The position numbers were made by a program, and so were the translations under genes. 64,000 bases of DNA, taken from the NCBI GenBank assembly GCA_963845085.1, contig CAWJQI010000001.1:256001-320000 (forward strand), written 5' to 3'. The notes under the pieces are model-generated. The model ran no database searches. It was given only the letters and a program-made list of their open reading frames with translations, and had not been told where the DNA came from. Below, piece by piece: positions 38,136 through 47,378 of the stretch; position 1 is the stretch's first letter, and the number at the start of each line of letters is the position of its first letter. The stretch comes from Candidatus Fermentibacterota bacterium (GTDB taxonomy: Bacteria > Fermentibacterota > Fermentibacteria > Fermentibacterales > JCC-6).

Positions 38136-41126
38136 CTACCGGATGAGTTCGAGCGCCGCATCCACCGCACCCTGAAGCTGTCTGTCCTCTCTTTCCGCAG
38201 CGTCTGCGGGCAGAACCGCGATGGGAACATCCGGAGCAACCCCTCCGTTTTCGAGATTGGCTCCGGAAAGGGTGAACCATCCGGTTCCCGGAAGCCTGAA
38301 CGAGGTGCCGTCGGCAAGGTTCACATCAACCGTGCCTATCACGGCCCCGTACGTGGTGGTGCCAACCACGGGACCGAGCCCGAGTTCCTTCCAGGCGGCT
38401 GCGAAGATCTCGGCGTCGGAGTAGCAGGTCTGATCGATGACGAGAACCAGCGGCCCCCTCCAGACGCCCAGCGGCTCGATGGTGCTTCTGCCTGCGCGTG
38501 CGCGGCTTTCGGCGTAAGCCGGTCTGCCGAGGCACTCGAGGATCTGGTCATGCGTGCTGCCGCCACCGTTGCCGCGAATGTCGATTATCATGGCCTCACG
38601 GTCCAGCCCCTCGGCGTAGAGGTCGCGCCGGAAATCCTCGACCGACTCCTGGTTCATGGCGGGTATGTGCAGGTATCCCACCCTGTCGCCCGACAACCTG
38701 CTGACAAGCCTTCGGTTTCCCGCCACCCATTCCCGGTACTCGAGCTGCCACATCGCCCAGGTCGAAGTGGGTTCGATGGCCACCAGACGTGTACGGCCGC
38801 CGCTCTCCACTTCAAGCTGTACGGTCCGACCCGTCGTGAGCTGAAGCGGTGCGTAGATGTTCCCGGTCTCCCCGACGGGGAACCCGTCAATGGAAAGGAT
38901 AATGTCTCCGGGAAAAAGCCTGTCCTCGGACATGAAAGCCGGTGAGCCCGGGACGACGCTGTCAACGGATATCCCACCGCCCGGGGGGAAGGTGCCGGGC
39001 AGGATCCCGAGTTCGCCGGTGAACGCAGTCTGCTCGTAACTCCAGGGACCCCAGATGCCGAGATGGGATGCGCTGAGTTCCCCCAGCATGCGGCTCACCA
39101 CATCGTTGAAATCCCGGTTGACCAGGCACTGCACCGCGCGGGGGCGGTATTTCTCCCTGAGAGCATCCCAATCGGCGCCATGCATGTTTTCGTCGTAGAA
39201 GTTGTCGCGCAGGAGCCTCCAGGCGTTGTCGAACTTGGCTGCCTGGAGGGCGGCAAGATCGACGGGAAACGGGCACGTCCACCCGAACACCCCGCCAACA
39301 CCGCCTTCCGGCTGCGTTGATCTGATCGTGTTTCCATAGCTCAGAAAGAAGACACCGCCCGATTCCACGGGCTGGATCCTCGTTGGCTGCTGCCCCCCGA
39401 ACGTAAGTCTGGTGAGCTCCTCGCCCTTCCATGTGACCGACCAGAGGTCCATCTGCTCATCCTGGTCGTGGCCGGGAAGGAACACGGTCCGCCCGTCGCT
39501 GGAAACCCCGTAGAAGTCGTACCATCCCCTGACGGTGCAAAGCGTTTCGACCCTTCGGACCAGGTCGGTGAAGTCAATTTCGGTTTCGCCGTCCGCTTCG
39601 TCGAGGATCTCCTCACGCTTCTCCGCCTCGGTGTTCCAGTCATCTTCCCTGAGCCATGCCTGCATGATGGAGTAGTAACCGTCATCGGTGCGGCTGGCCC
39701 AGAACAGCCTTCTGCCGTCAGAAGGCCAGATCGGCTGGAAATCATCGTTGGGGTGCCTGCTTACATTCACCGGAACGCCACCGGAGGAACTGACAACGAA
39801 AACGTCTTCGCGATGGGCCTCCCAGGGCGCGCTGAATGCAAGCCACTCCCCGTCGGGAGACCAGGAATGGTGAATGACGCCCCGGGTCTCGCAGACGGTG
39901 CGCGTTGCACCCGTTGCGAGCTCATGCGTGTGAAGCTGTTCGTTCTGGTCGATGAACGAGATCATGGCTCCGTCAGGGCTCCATTCACCCGCCCTCGCCA
40001 CGAGAGTCCCCGTATCGAGAACAGTGGCGGTGTAGCCTGAATCCGGGTTGCCCGATGCGACAACAAGGCTCACACCCATGCCGTCTTCCCTCTGGTAGAG
40101 CAGCATCGATCCGTCGGGGCTCCACCTTGGCCTTTCCTCGAGGGCTGCATCAGCGGTGATCCTTCTCACATCATCGCCGATGGCGTCTTCCTCGAACCTT
40201 CCGGCAAAGATGCCTCCGGTGGCCTGCATCGCCACCAGCGCGCCGTCAGCCGAGACCGAGAAGTCGTCGGTATATGTTCCCGCCATTTCAACTGCTGCGA
40301 TCGGGAAGGGATGGTCCACCGATGCGTTCACTGAAACGGTGTCGGGAGACCAGTCGGGCGGGGATGCTGAAAGCAGCAGGCCCGCGCTCTCGAATGTTAC
40401 CAGGCCTCCGCCTGCGCCAGGAAACGTAATGCCTCCGGGAAATGCCTGTGAGACAGCGATCGCCGAATCACCGCGCACAGTCCAGAAGCGGTCGAGACCC
40501 TGTTCGTCCTCCATGACGAAATAGATTGCCCCGTCGAGCACGAGGGGCCACCGCTGGTCTCTGGTGCTGTGGGACAGGGGAGCCCATTGCGAGCCGTCGC
40601 CAACCCACAGGCAAGACGAGGCGCTGCCTCTGTAATGCCTGAGCCACCATGGTGTTGAACCTGTCTCGATCACGAAGCCGTCTTCAAGCGGTGTGATGCC
40701 GAGCACGGAGGCGTCTACCCTGAGGACCGGTGTACCGCCTTCGGAGGAAACCGAATAGACGCGGTTCTCCCCTCCATCCCTGGAACTCAGGAAGAGGATC
40801 CTGTCGTTCTCCCATGCAGCCACGAGGTCTTCACCGCTGTGGAAGGTGAGCCTTTTGGAGGCGCCGCCCGACGAGGGCATGACGTAGACGTCACCCCCAC
40901 CGGTCGCGGAACTCGTGAAGGCAAGCATTGAGCCGTCGGGGCTCCAGCGGGGATTTGCCACATAACCCTCCCCGGGGGTGAGGCAGCGGGGATCGCCCCC
41001 CCCGGCGGGGACGAGAAAGAGCATTCCCCGCCAGGTGAAGGCGATCCGTGAAGCGTCGGGCGATGGAACGGGATACCTGGCATCGGAGACAAGGGACGAC
41101 AGCACGGCAAGAACAAGTAAAAGCAT
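38136..41126 (-). CDS. Tricorn-like S41 family peptidase
   Basis: PD40 WSPDG repeats, MLGELSASH, a PDZ-like region, DIRGNGGG, YSDAE and ENGGVAPD. Confidence 0.92.
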   Translation of the reverse strand: MLLLVLAVLSSLVSDARYPVPSPDASRIAFTWRGMLFLVPAGGGDPRCLTPGEGYVANPRWSPDGSMLAFTSSATGGGDVYVMPSSGGASKRLTFHSGEDLVAAWENDRILFLSSRDGGENRVYSVSSEGGTPVLRVDASVLGITPLEDGFVIETGSTPWWLRHYRGSASSCLWVGDGSQWAPLSHSTRDQRWPLVLDGAIYFVMEDEQGLDRFWTVRGDSAIAVSQAFPGGITFPGAGGGLVTFESAGLLLSASPPDWSPDTVSVNASVDHPFPIAAVEMAGTYTDDFSVSADGALVAMQATGGIFAGRFEEDAIGDDVRRITADAALEERPRWSPDGSMLLYQREDGMGVSLVVASGNPDSGYTATVLDTGTLVARAGEWSPDGAMISFIDQNEQLHTHELATGATRTVCETRGVIHHSWSPDGEWLAFSAPWEAHREDVFVVSSSGGVPVNVSRHPNDDFQPIWPSDGRRLFWASRTDDGYYSIMQAWLREDDWNTEAEKREEILDEADGETEIDFTDLVRRVETLCTVRGWYDFYGVSSDGRTVFLPGHDQDEQMDLWSVTWKGEELTRLTFGGQQPTRIQPVESGGVFFLSYGNTIRSTQPEGGVGGVFGWTCPFPVDLAALQAAKFDNAWRLLRDNFYDENMHGADWDALREKYRPRAVQCLVNRDFNDVVSRMLGELSASHLGIWGPWSYEQTAFTGELGILPGTFPPGGGISVDSVVPGSPAFMSEDRLFPGDIILSIDGFPVGETGNIYAPLQLTTGRTVQLEVESGGRTRLVAIEPTSTWAMWQLEYREWVAGNRRLVSRLSGDRVGYLHIPAMNQESVEDFRRDLYAEGLDREAMIIDIRGNGGGSTHDQILECLGRPAYAESRARAGRSTIEPLGVWRGPLVLVIDQTCYSDAEIFAAAWKELGLGPVVGTTTYGAVIGTVDVNLADGTSFRLPGTGWFTLSGANLENGGVAPDVPIAVLPADAAEREDRQLQGAVDAALELIR

Positions 41127-41129
41127 GCC

Positions 41130-41906
41130 TTACTCCTTCATGGCAGGAACGAGAAGCCTCGGGGACATCTCTGGGTCGAACGGGGTTTCATCGTAATCGC
41201 CCCAGAGGCGTTCCACCGAGAACCCGGCTTTTCGGGCATCATCGACCGCCTCGAGAACGTTGAACGCCGCAAGCTCGAGGACCACCCTTCGTGAATCACA
41301 TGCGCCGTTCTGATACTCCGATGAATAGATCATATCGTAAACAACGCTGTTCCGGCATTCCGGGCGATTGACTTCCTCGTCGAGCGACAGGATTCCGCCG
41401 TCGGGCAGCTCGACGCTGTACCTTCTCGTTCTCTGTTCGGGCGGCCTTCTGGCGAAAGCCGGGCTGATCTCGAACAGGAAAATGCCTCCCGCGGCAAGGA
41501 CCCTGTGCGCCTCCCGGAACACTGAACGCCTCCCATCCCTCTCAAGAATGCATTGAAGCCCGTTGTATGGAAAGCATGCGAACCCGAAGCAACCGTCTTT
41601 GAAGGGAAGATCCTGACCGATCCCCCTGACCCTGTGTGCCAGTTTCATCTGAGCCCTGGTCCAGGAGGCAATCATGGCCCGGCTTGGCTCGAGGGCGGCC
41701 ATGAAACCCCCGTTGAAGAGGCTTCTGGAAAGCCTTCCGGCCCCGGCACCGATCTCGATGCAAGCGCCCGGGTGGCGAAGCCTCAGAAGCCTGTAGAATT
41801 CCATCTCCCGGAGATCATGGGAGAAGACTGTGCCCTCCTCGGCATTGAAAAAGGGGGCATACTCGTCCCAGGTGTCAGGCTGTGAAGGCCGCAAGGACCT
41901 TTTCAA
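41130..41906 (-). CDS. Class I SAM-dependent methyltransferase
   Basis: IEIGAGAGR, ALEPS, HRVLAAGG and WGDYD; GGAGGGG before TTG 41906. Confidence 0.8.
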   Translation of the reverse strand: MKRSLRPSQPDTWDEYAPFFNAEEGTVFSHDLREMEFYRLLRLRHPGACIEIGAGAGRLSRSLFNGGFMAALEPSRAMIASWTRAQMKLAHRVRGIGQDLPFKDGCFGFACFPYNGLQCILERDGRRSVFREAHRVLAAGGIFLFEISPAFARRPPEQRTRRYSVELPDGGILSLDEEVNRPECRNSVVYDMIYSSEYQNGACDSRRVVLELAAFNVLEAVDDARKAGFSVERLWGDYDETPFDPEMSPRLLVPAMKE

Positions 41907-42789
41907 CTCCCCTCCGACACTCCTTCTCCATGCTCCTGAGATGACCCAGGGTGGTCCGCATGTCCGGAGGTGGCATGGATCCTGACAGGCTCGAAAGCCC
42001 CGTTGAGATCTCCAGGAACGCTTCCGCCAGTGAAAGTGCCGCCCCTGCGGCCTGCGGTCTGTGCTTCGCAGCCTCGCGCAGGAACAGCGAAGCATTGAAC
42101 CTGCATTCGGCCATGACCAGCGCCACCGCCATCCCCGGCCTGCGGGTGGAGCCTTCCCTGGAAAGGGCGGCGATCCAACGGTCGTAGACTCGGCTGCCAC
42201 TGACAAAGCCGTTCATGCCCTGCCCGGCGGCGGGCACGCGGGTGTTCAAAAAATGCATGAGGCTGTCCGCAAACACTTTATCAACGGGTGCAGGGCTGCT
42301 TTTCTTGAACCCGTGGAAGGATATCGGGGAATGCTCGTAAAGCTGCTCCCACGAACCGAAATCCAACCTGTCCGGGAAGAGCTCGCCCTCGAGGGAGGGT
42401 GGAGAATCAAGAAGGAACCCCTTCTCGTCATAACCGGTTATCAGCTGGTGCTCAAGCCCTTTGACCGAACACGGGACCCCGCGGGAGACGAGGCTTCTAA
42501 TCCCCCTCTCCAGGCGGTTCCTCTCCGAAACCGTGACATCGGGGCCGAAGTGCCCGATGTCTTCGTGGGTGATGCCGAGGTTTGCGAGCAGCCTGTTGAA
42601 CTCGGAATGGCTCCAGTTGTGAAGGGATGAGCGGCTCAGCGCCCTGTCGGCATGGAGAAGGAAGGCGTGCCCCGAGCCCCCGAACAGCATGTGATCGGGC
42701 AGGGGTACATCGAGCAGGTCTGCCGCGCCCCCGGCCGACCCCATGAGCGAAGAGCGCAGTGGACGCTGCCGTACGACTCCATCGCTCAT
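41875..42789 (-). CDS. Hypothetical protein
   Basis: 304-aa ORF in operon context with a GGAGG Shine-Dalgarno; contains GGSGHAF and LITGYDEKG. Confidence 0.65.
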   Translation of the reverse strand: MSDGVVRQRPLRSSLMGSAGGAADLLDVPLPDHMLFGGSGHAFLLHADRALSRSSLHNWSHSEFNRLLANLGITHEDIGHFGPDVTVSERNRLERGIRSLVSRGVPCSVKGLEHQLITGYDEKGFLLDSPPSLEGELFPDRLDFGSWEQLYEHSPISFHGFKKSSPAPVDKVFADSLMHFLNTRVPAAGQGMNGFVSGSRVYDRWIAALSREGSTRRPGMAVALVMAECRFNASLFLREAAKHRPQAAGAALSLAEAFLEISTGLSSLSGSMPPPDMRTTLGHLRSMEKECRRGVEKVLAAFTA

Positions 42790-42816
42790 TCCGGGAAGAC
42801 CTCCATTTGATGGCGC

Positions 42817-43713
42817 CTAGAAAGCCGAAGCCCTTGGCCCGGCACTGATGATGAAATTCTCGGGATCGATCTGCGCCCCGTGCCTCAGGACCTCGTAGTG
42901 AAGATGCGGACCGACGGCGCGCCCCGTTGACCCGACCCTTGCGATGATGTCGCCCCTTTGGACGGCCTGCCCGACAGCGACCTCGAGCCTTGAACAATGT
43001 GCATAACGGGTCGAGATGTCATCGGTGTGCTTGATGACCATGTTGAGCCCCCAACCGCCGCTCCAGCCGCAGAACGTTACCACACCGTCGGCGGGGGCGT
43101 GTATCGGGGTTCCCGTATCGTCGGCAATGTCGATTCCCTGGTGATATCTCACGGCCCCGGTGAACGGGTCTATCCTGGCGCCGAAATCGCTGACGAATAT
43201 GCCGTTGACGGGCCAGATGGAAGGGGTCTTGCGAAGAAGATCGGACTTCTCGACAAGAAGCCTCGCGAGGGAATCGTAAGCCGCAATCTCAGCGCCCGCA
43301 AGGCGTTCGCACAGGAAAAGCTCGAACTCCATGTCGTCGATGTACTGGAACATGTTGAGGGGTTCCGCAACCACACCCCCGGATTCAAGGCTGCTGAAAT
43401 CGAGATTGAGGTCGGCTGCGGCCATGAAGACCCTCTCCTCGCGTTGAGAGATCTCCATGAGGCTCTGCTGCAGGTTCTCGACCCTGGCGCCGAGCTGGAG
43501 GAGCTCGCCCTGAAGTATCGCATAGTCGCTCGATTGAGAGCCTTCGGCGGGCGTGTTCACACGTCTGCCAAGGGCGAATGCACCGCCGAGAAGCAGGCTC
43601 ATGACCCCGGCGAACAGGAAGACGAACAGCCTCAGCCTGTTGGCGTCGATCCGCAAAGGCCGGCGACGCCCGGAAGGGTCTTCCGGAATCCAGTCAAGAG
43701 AGCCCCTGAGCAA
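42817..43713 (-). CDS. M23 family metallopeptidase
   Basis: TM helix plus coiled coil; TPSIWP, HQGIDIA, YAH and GPHLHYEV. Confidence 0.92.
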   Translation of the reverse strand: MLRGSLDWIPEDPSGRRRPLRIDANRLRLFVFLFAGVMSLLLGGAFALGRRVNTPAEGSQSSDYAILQGELLQLGARVENLQQSLMEISQREERVFMAAADLNLDFSSLESGGVVAEPLNMFQYIDDMEFELFLCERLAGAEIAAYDSLARLLVEKSDLLRKTPSIWPVNGIFVSDFGARIDPFTGAVRYHQGIDIADDTGTPIHAPADGVVTFCGWSGGWGLNMVIKHTDDISTRYAHCSRLEVAVGQAVQRGDIIARVGSTGRAVGPHLHYEVLRHGAQIDPENFIISAGPRASAF

Positions 43714-43728
43714 GACCCGCCGCTTCCG

Positions 43729-44571
43729 CTACTTGAGAAAGTGAAGCAGGGACCCGCTCTCGCCGCACTCATGAAGCTTGACGATGGCCCTGTTCTTGAG
43801 CTGTCTGACGCGCTCGCGGCTGATGCCCATGGTGCGTCCGATCTCGGCCAGTGTGTGCCTCCTGTCGGTGTGGATGCCGAAGAACAGCTGGATGATCGTG
43901 CGCTCCCTGTGATCGAGTATGTCGAGCATGTCGCCCACGCTGCGCTTGAGGGCCTCGTGGAGCACTGCTTCGTTGGGGGCGATGCCGTCGTCGGCGGCGA
44001 TCATCTCCTGAAAGGTCTTGTCGCTTCCTTCGTACACGGGGCTGTCGAGGGAGAGATGCGTGCTGTGAATCGACATCATTCCCTCGATCTCGTCACGGCT
44101 GAGGTCGAGCTCCCGCGCAATTTCCTCGGTTGAGGGATCGCGGCCGAGGGCATGACCCAGTTCGCGGGTGGCGCGGCCCATTTTGTAGAGCTCGCCGACC
44201 CTGTTGAGTGGAAGCCTGACGATCCGTGACTGTTCGGCAAGCGCCTGGAGTATCGCCTGCCTGATCCACCACACGGCGTAGGTGATGAAACGGCAGCCTT
44301 TGCCTTCGTCAAAACCCTTGGCTGCCCGGATCAGGCCGACATTTCCCTCGTTGATAAGGTCTTCGAGGGCGACGCCCTGGTTCGCATACTGCTTTGCGAT
44401 GCTGACAACGAACCTGAGATTGGCCTCGGTGAGCTCGTTCAGGGCTTCCTGGTCGCCCTCGCGTATGCGCCTCGCGAGGGAGGCCTCCTCTTCGGATGTG
44501 AGTGTGTCACGGGTGCCGATCTCGCGCAGGTAAAGCTCAAGGGATCGGCCTTCAGTTCTTCTGGTAGCCAT
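43729..44571 (-). CDS. RpoD/SigA-family sigma factor lacking region 1.1 (Bacteroidota-like short type)
   Basis: YLREIG, ANLRFVVSIAKQY, DLINEGN, YAVWWIRQAILQALAEQSRIVRLPLN and SRERVRQ. Confidence 0.9.
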   Translation of the reverse strand: MATRRTEGRSLELYLREIGTRDTLTSEEEASLARRIREGDQEALNELTEANLRFVVSIAKQYANQGVALEDLINEGNVGLIRAAKGFDEGKGCRFITYAVWWIRQAILQALAEQSRIVRLPLNRVGELYKMGRATRELGHALGRDPSTEEIARELDLSRDEIEGMMSIHSTHLSLDSPVYEGSDKTFQEMIAADDGIAPNEAVLHEALKRSVGDMLDILDHRERTIIQLFFGIHTDRRHTLAEIGRTMGISRERVRQLKNRAIVKLHECGESGSLLHFLK

Positions 44572-44680
44572 GACGCCGCCTTTCAGCATACCGTATATTC
44601 AAAGCGATATGAACTTGTTCCATGCAAACCGGATAGGGCTGTAATTTTGTCAAGTCTTGACGGATTGTCAAGGGGTTGAC

Positions 44681-45619
44681 GTGGATTGGTCTGCAATACC
44701 CCGTGAAAGGGCGGTTTGCGCCATATGCGGGTATGACAGCCCCGGTCTTCTCAAGGTCTCGCGGGGGTGGCCGGTATCGAAATGTCCGGTCTGCGGTTTG
44801 ATCTACCTTTCCGAACGGCCCACAGAGGCCTCGCTCGCCACCATGTACTCCGACGAATACTACGACCGCATCGAAGTGGGCTACGGCGGCTACGTTGACA
44901 ACTTCTCAAGGTACAGGAGTGTTTTCGAAGGGCTCTTCGAACAGAGGGCGGTCAGACTCGAGCGGTACCGCGGGAGTGGCCGGCTTCTTGAGTTGGGCTG
45001 CGCGCACGGTTTTCTCCTCGACCATCTCCGGAAAAAAGGTTACACGGTCTCGGGGGTCGAGGTCAGCCCTGTCGCATCGCGCTACGCCAGGGATGTTCTG
45101 AACCTTGACGTTCATACCGGCACTCTTGAAGATGGCAGCTTCAGCGACGGCGAGTTCGACGTGGTCATGATGCTCGACGTTCTTGAGCATCTCCACCGCC
45201 CGCAGGAAACCCTCAGGGAGGTGGGAAGGGTGCTCGGAAAGGGAGGGGTGCTTCTGGTTCAGTGCCCCTGGGAGCTGACCCACTGGGAGGAGGTTCTCGA
45301 GACCTTCGCAAGGGGCAGGAAAACGGGCCGAATGGATCCCGATGCGGTTCCTGCGCACCTTTACTTTTTCTGCCCCCGCACACTCGAGGCCATGCTCGGG
45401 TCGGGCGGCTTCAGGGTTGTCGGCCGGGAAAGCGGCAACTACGGCGCGGTCAGAAGAAAGGTGAGCCCGCCCCTGCTGAACACGGGCTCCCCCCTCGAAC
45501 GGGCTTTCAGGCTTTTCTACTTCAAACTGGGCTTTCAGCGTGCACTGTACGCAGCGGCCAAAACCGTCGGGTGGGGCAACGGGCTGATACGCTACGCCCG
45601 TTTCGAGGCCCGACCTTGA
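44681..45619 (+). CDS. Class I SAM-dependent methyltransferase with N-terminal CxxC pairs
   Basis: CAICG, CPVCG, LELGCAHG, DVLEH and HLYFF; start GTG 44681 or TTG 44657. Confidence 0.85.
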   Translation: MDWSAIPRERAVCAICGYDSPGLLKVSRGWPVSKCPVCGLIYLSERPTEASLATMYSDEYYDRIEVGYGGYVDNFSRYRSVFEGLFEQRAVRLERYRGSGRLLELGCAHGFLLDHLRKKGYTVSGVEVSPVASRYARDVLNLDVHTGTLEDGSFSDGEFDVVMMLDVLEHLHRPQETLREVGRVLGKGGVLLVQCPWELTHWEEVLETFARGRKTGRMDPDAVPAHLYFFCPRTLEAMLGSGGFRVVGRESGNYGAVRRKVSPPLLNTGSPLERAFRLFYFKLGFQRALYAAAKTVGWGNGLIRYARFEARP

Positions 45620-46380
45620 GGGTTGCATCATTCCGGGGCAGCGGGCCGGAAAGAAGGGTTTGCGGCGTCCTGCCCGCTTCGGACCTCGCCCTTCACCTTG
45701 AATCAAGGGGCATCGGCAGTCTGCCGGGAGTCATCGCAGTCAGATCTGACCTGCTCTCAAGGCAGCCGCTCGAGCAGCTCTGCGACAGCAGCGTCGACGG
45801 GGCGGCCGCACTTGCCTGCACCGGAAAACCATGGGGCTCCATGTGCGTTTTCACTGATCCACACGGCCTCATTACCGGTTTTGAAAGAAATCCGGCACCC
45901 GAGCTGGCGCGAACCAATGTCGTTCTTGCAGGGGCCTGCTGGTTCCGTGAAGAGCCGGAACCGGGGCAGTCCCTCGAAGATACGGTCGAAACGGCATTGA
46001 ACAGCGGCGCCGTGCTGAAGGGGGTGCTTCTCAGAGGCCGCGCATTCATCGTATGTTCCGGCGAGGAGCAGCTCAGGGCAAGCCATGCCCTCCTGTCGGG
46101 TCTTGTCGTGCCGGGGGTGCATGGGTGTGTCGCCGTGAACCGCGCGTTCATCCAGGGCAGACTCGATCCGTCGGTGCGGGTGAGCGGAACACTCTGGACG
46201 GCTCCCGGATCGGTTGTAGAGCCGGGGTGTGAGCTCGAGAACTGCGTTATCCTTGAAGACACCCTGATTGGTCGGGGCTGCAAATTGAAAAACACGCTGG
46301 TGGAAGCCGGAACACGGGTCCCGCCTGGCACAGTGATGGAAGACAAGTACCCGAGCTTCCTTGGAGAAACGACATGCTAG
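45616..46380 (+). CDS. Degenerate NDP-sugar pyrophosphorylase-like protein with hexapeptide tail
   Basis: WGSMCVFTD..ITGFERNP...VLAG and a left-handed-helix tail (GCELENCVI); TTGA overlap with the upstream gene. Confidence 0.55.
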   Translation: MRVASFRGSGPERRVCGVLPASDLALHLESRGIGSLPGVIAVRSDLLSRQPLEQLCDSSVDGAAALACTGKPWGSMCVFTDPHGLITGFERNPAPELARTNVVLAGACWFREEPEPGQSLEDTVETALNSGAVLKGVLLRGRAFIVCSGEEQLRASHALLSGLVVPGVHGCVAVNRAFIQGRLDPSVRVSGTLWTAPGSVVEPGCELENCVILEDTLIGRGCKLKNTLVEAGTRVPPGTVMEDKYPSFLGETTC

Positions 46381-46943
46381 AGAACATCCGCACCTACCTT
46401 GACCAGGTCAGCAGCCTCGTGCTGGAAATCCCCCCGGACGGTATCGAACGGATAACGGGCATAATCCTTGCTGCCTACCGGTCCGGCAACAGGGTATTCG
46501 TTTTCGGCAACGGAGGCGGCAGCGCCACCAGTGCGCACTTCGTGTGCGATCTCGCAAAGGGCACGGCGATGCCGGGCAAACCCCGCCTGAAGGCGGTGTC
46601 GCTCGCCGAGAACATCCCGCTTCTCACCGCCTGGGCCAACGATACGGATTACACCAACACCTTCGGCGAGCAGCTTCGAAACCTGGTCGAAGCCGGCGAC
46701 GTGGTCATCGGCCTGAGCGGAAGCGGAATGAGCCCGAACGTCATCAACGCCTTCAAGGTCGCGAACGAGGCCGGGGCTGTTTCAATCCTTCTTTCCGGCT
46801 ATTCCGGAGGCGAGGCTGTAAGGGTTGCTTCAGAGGCCCTTGTGGTTCCCTCCGAAGACATGCAGCAGATAGAGGACGTGCACCTGATACTGGCGCACAT
46901 CATCTTCAGGTGCCTGAAGCATGAAATGGCGAAACCGGACTAG
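46374..46943 (+). CDS. gmhA: Phosphoheptose isomerase (SIS domain)
   Basis: GNGGGSATSAH, TAWAND, SGSGMSPN and QIEDVH. Confidence 0.88.
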   Translation: MLENIRTYLDQVSSLVLEIPPDGIERITGIILAAYRSGNRVFVFGNGGGSATSAHFVCDLAKGTAMPGKPRLKAVSLAENIPLLTAWANDTDYTNTFGEQLRNLVEAGDVVIGLSGSGMSPNVINAFKVANEAGAVSILLSGYSGGEAVRVASEALVVPSEDMQQIEDVHLILAHIIFRCLKHEMAKPD

Positions 46944-47377
46944 TCTTCGGGGGTCCACTCGTCGAAATCGGGGCCGCAGGCAGCAAGAATTTTCCTGAGG
47001 GCATCGCGGAATATCTCTATCCCGCCGCTCTGGGCGGCTTCGGGGAACCTCGACTTCCAAAGCTCCCACGATCTCTTGAGGTCGCCGGCCATCACGACTG
47101 CAAGGTTACCGTCGATTCTGGCTTTCTCGACCATGTCCTGGTTGTAGACAAGCATGTCGCTGGCCAGCACCCGTGCAAACCTTGCCGCCCTTTCGTCGGT
47201 GTGCAGCCCGGGATCGGGAGCTGGCGGCTCTGCAACGGGTTCTTCCGGTTTCCGCTTTGGGGGGTGTACGATGAATATCTCGGTGCAGTTCCTGCATCGA
47301 ATGCGCTTGGCCTTGCCTCCCAGTTTCTCCTCGGAGATCTGGTAACTCTTACCGCAACTGGGACATGTGACGACCAT
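46940..47377 (-). CDS. MJ0042-type zinc-ribbon protein with a RomX-like C-terminal domain
   Basis: CPSC...IRCRNC, a Pro-rich linker, then AARFARVLASDMLVYN. Confidence 0.75.
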   Translation of the reverse strand: MVVTCPSCGKSYQISEEKLGGKAKRIRCRNCTEIFIVHPPKRKPEEPVAEPPAPDPGLHTDERAARFARVLASDMLVYNQDMVEKARIDGNLAVVMAGDLKRSWELWKSRFPEAAQSGGIEIFRDALRKILAACGPDFDEWTPED

Positions 47378-47378
47378 T

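Noticed and set aside
43700..43735. TAG read-through joining the sigma factor to the in-frame M23 gene
   Set aside because: In-frame adjacency has a 1-in-3 chance, there is a usable TTG start, and no recoding signal is visible.
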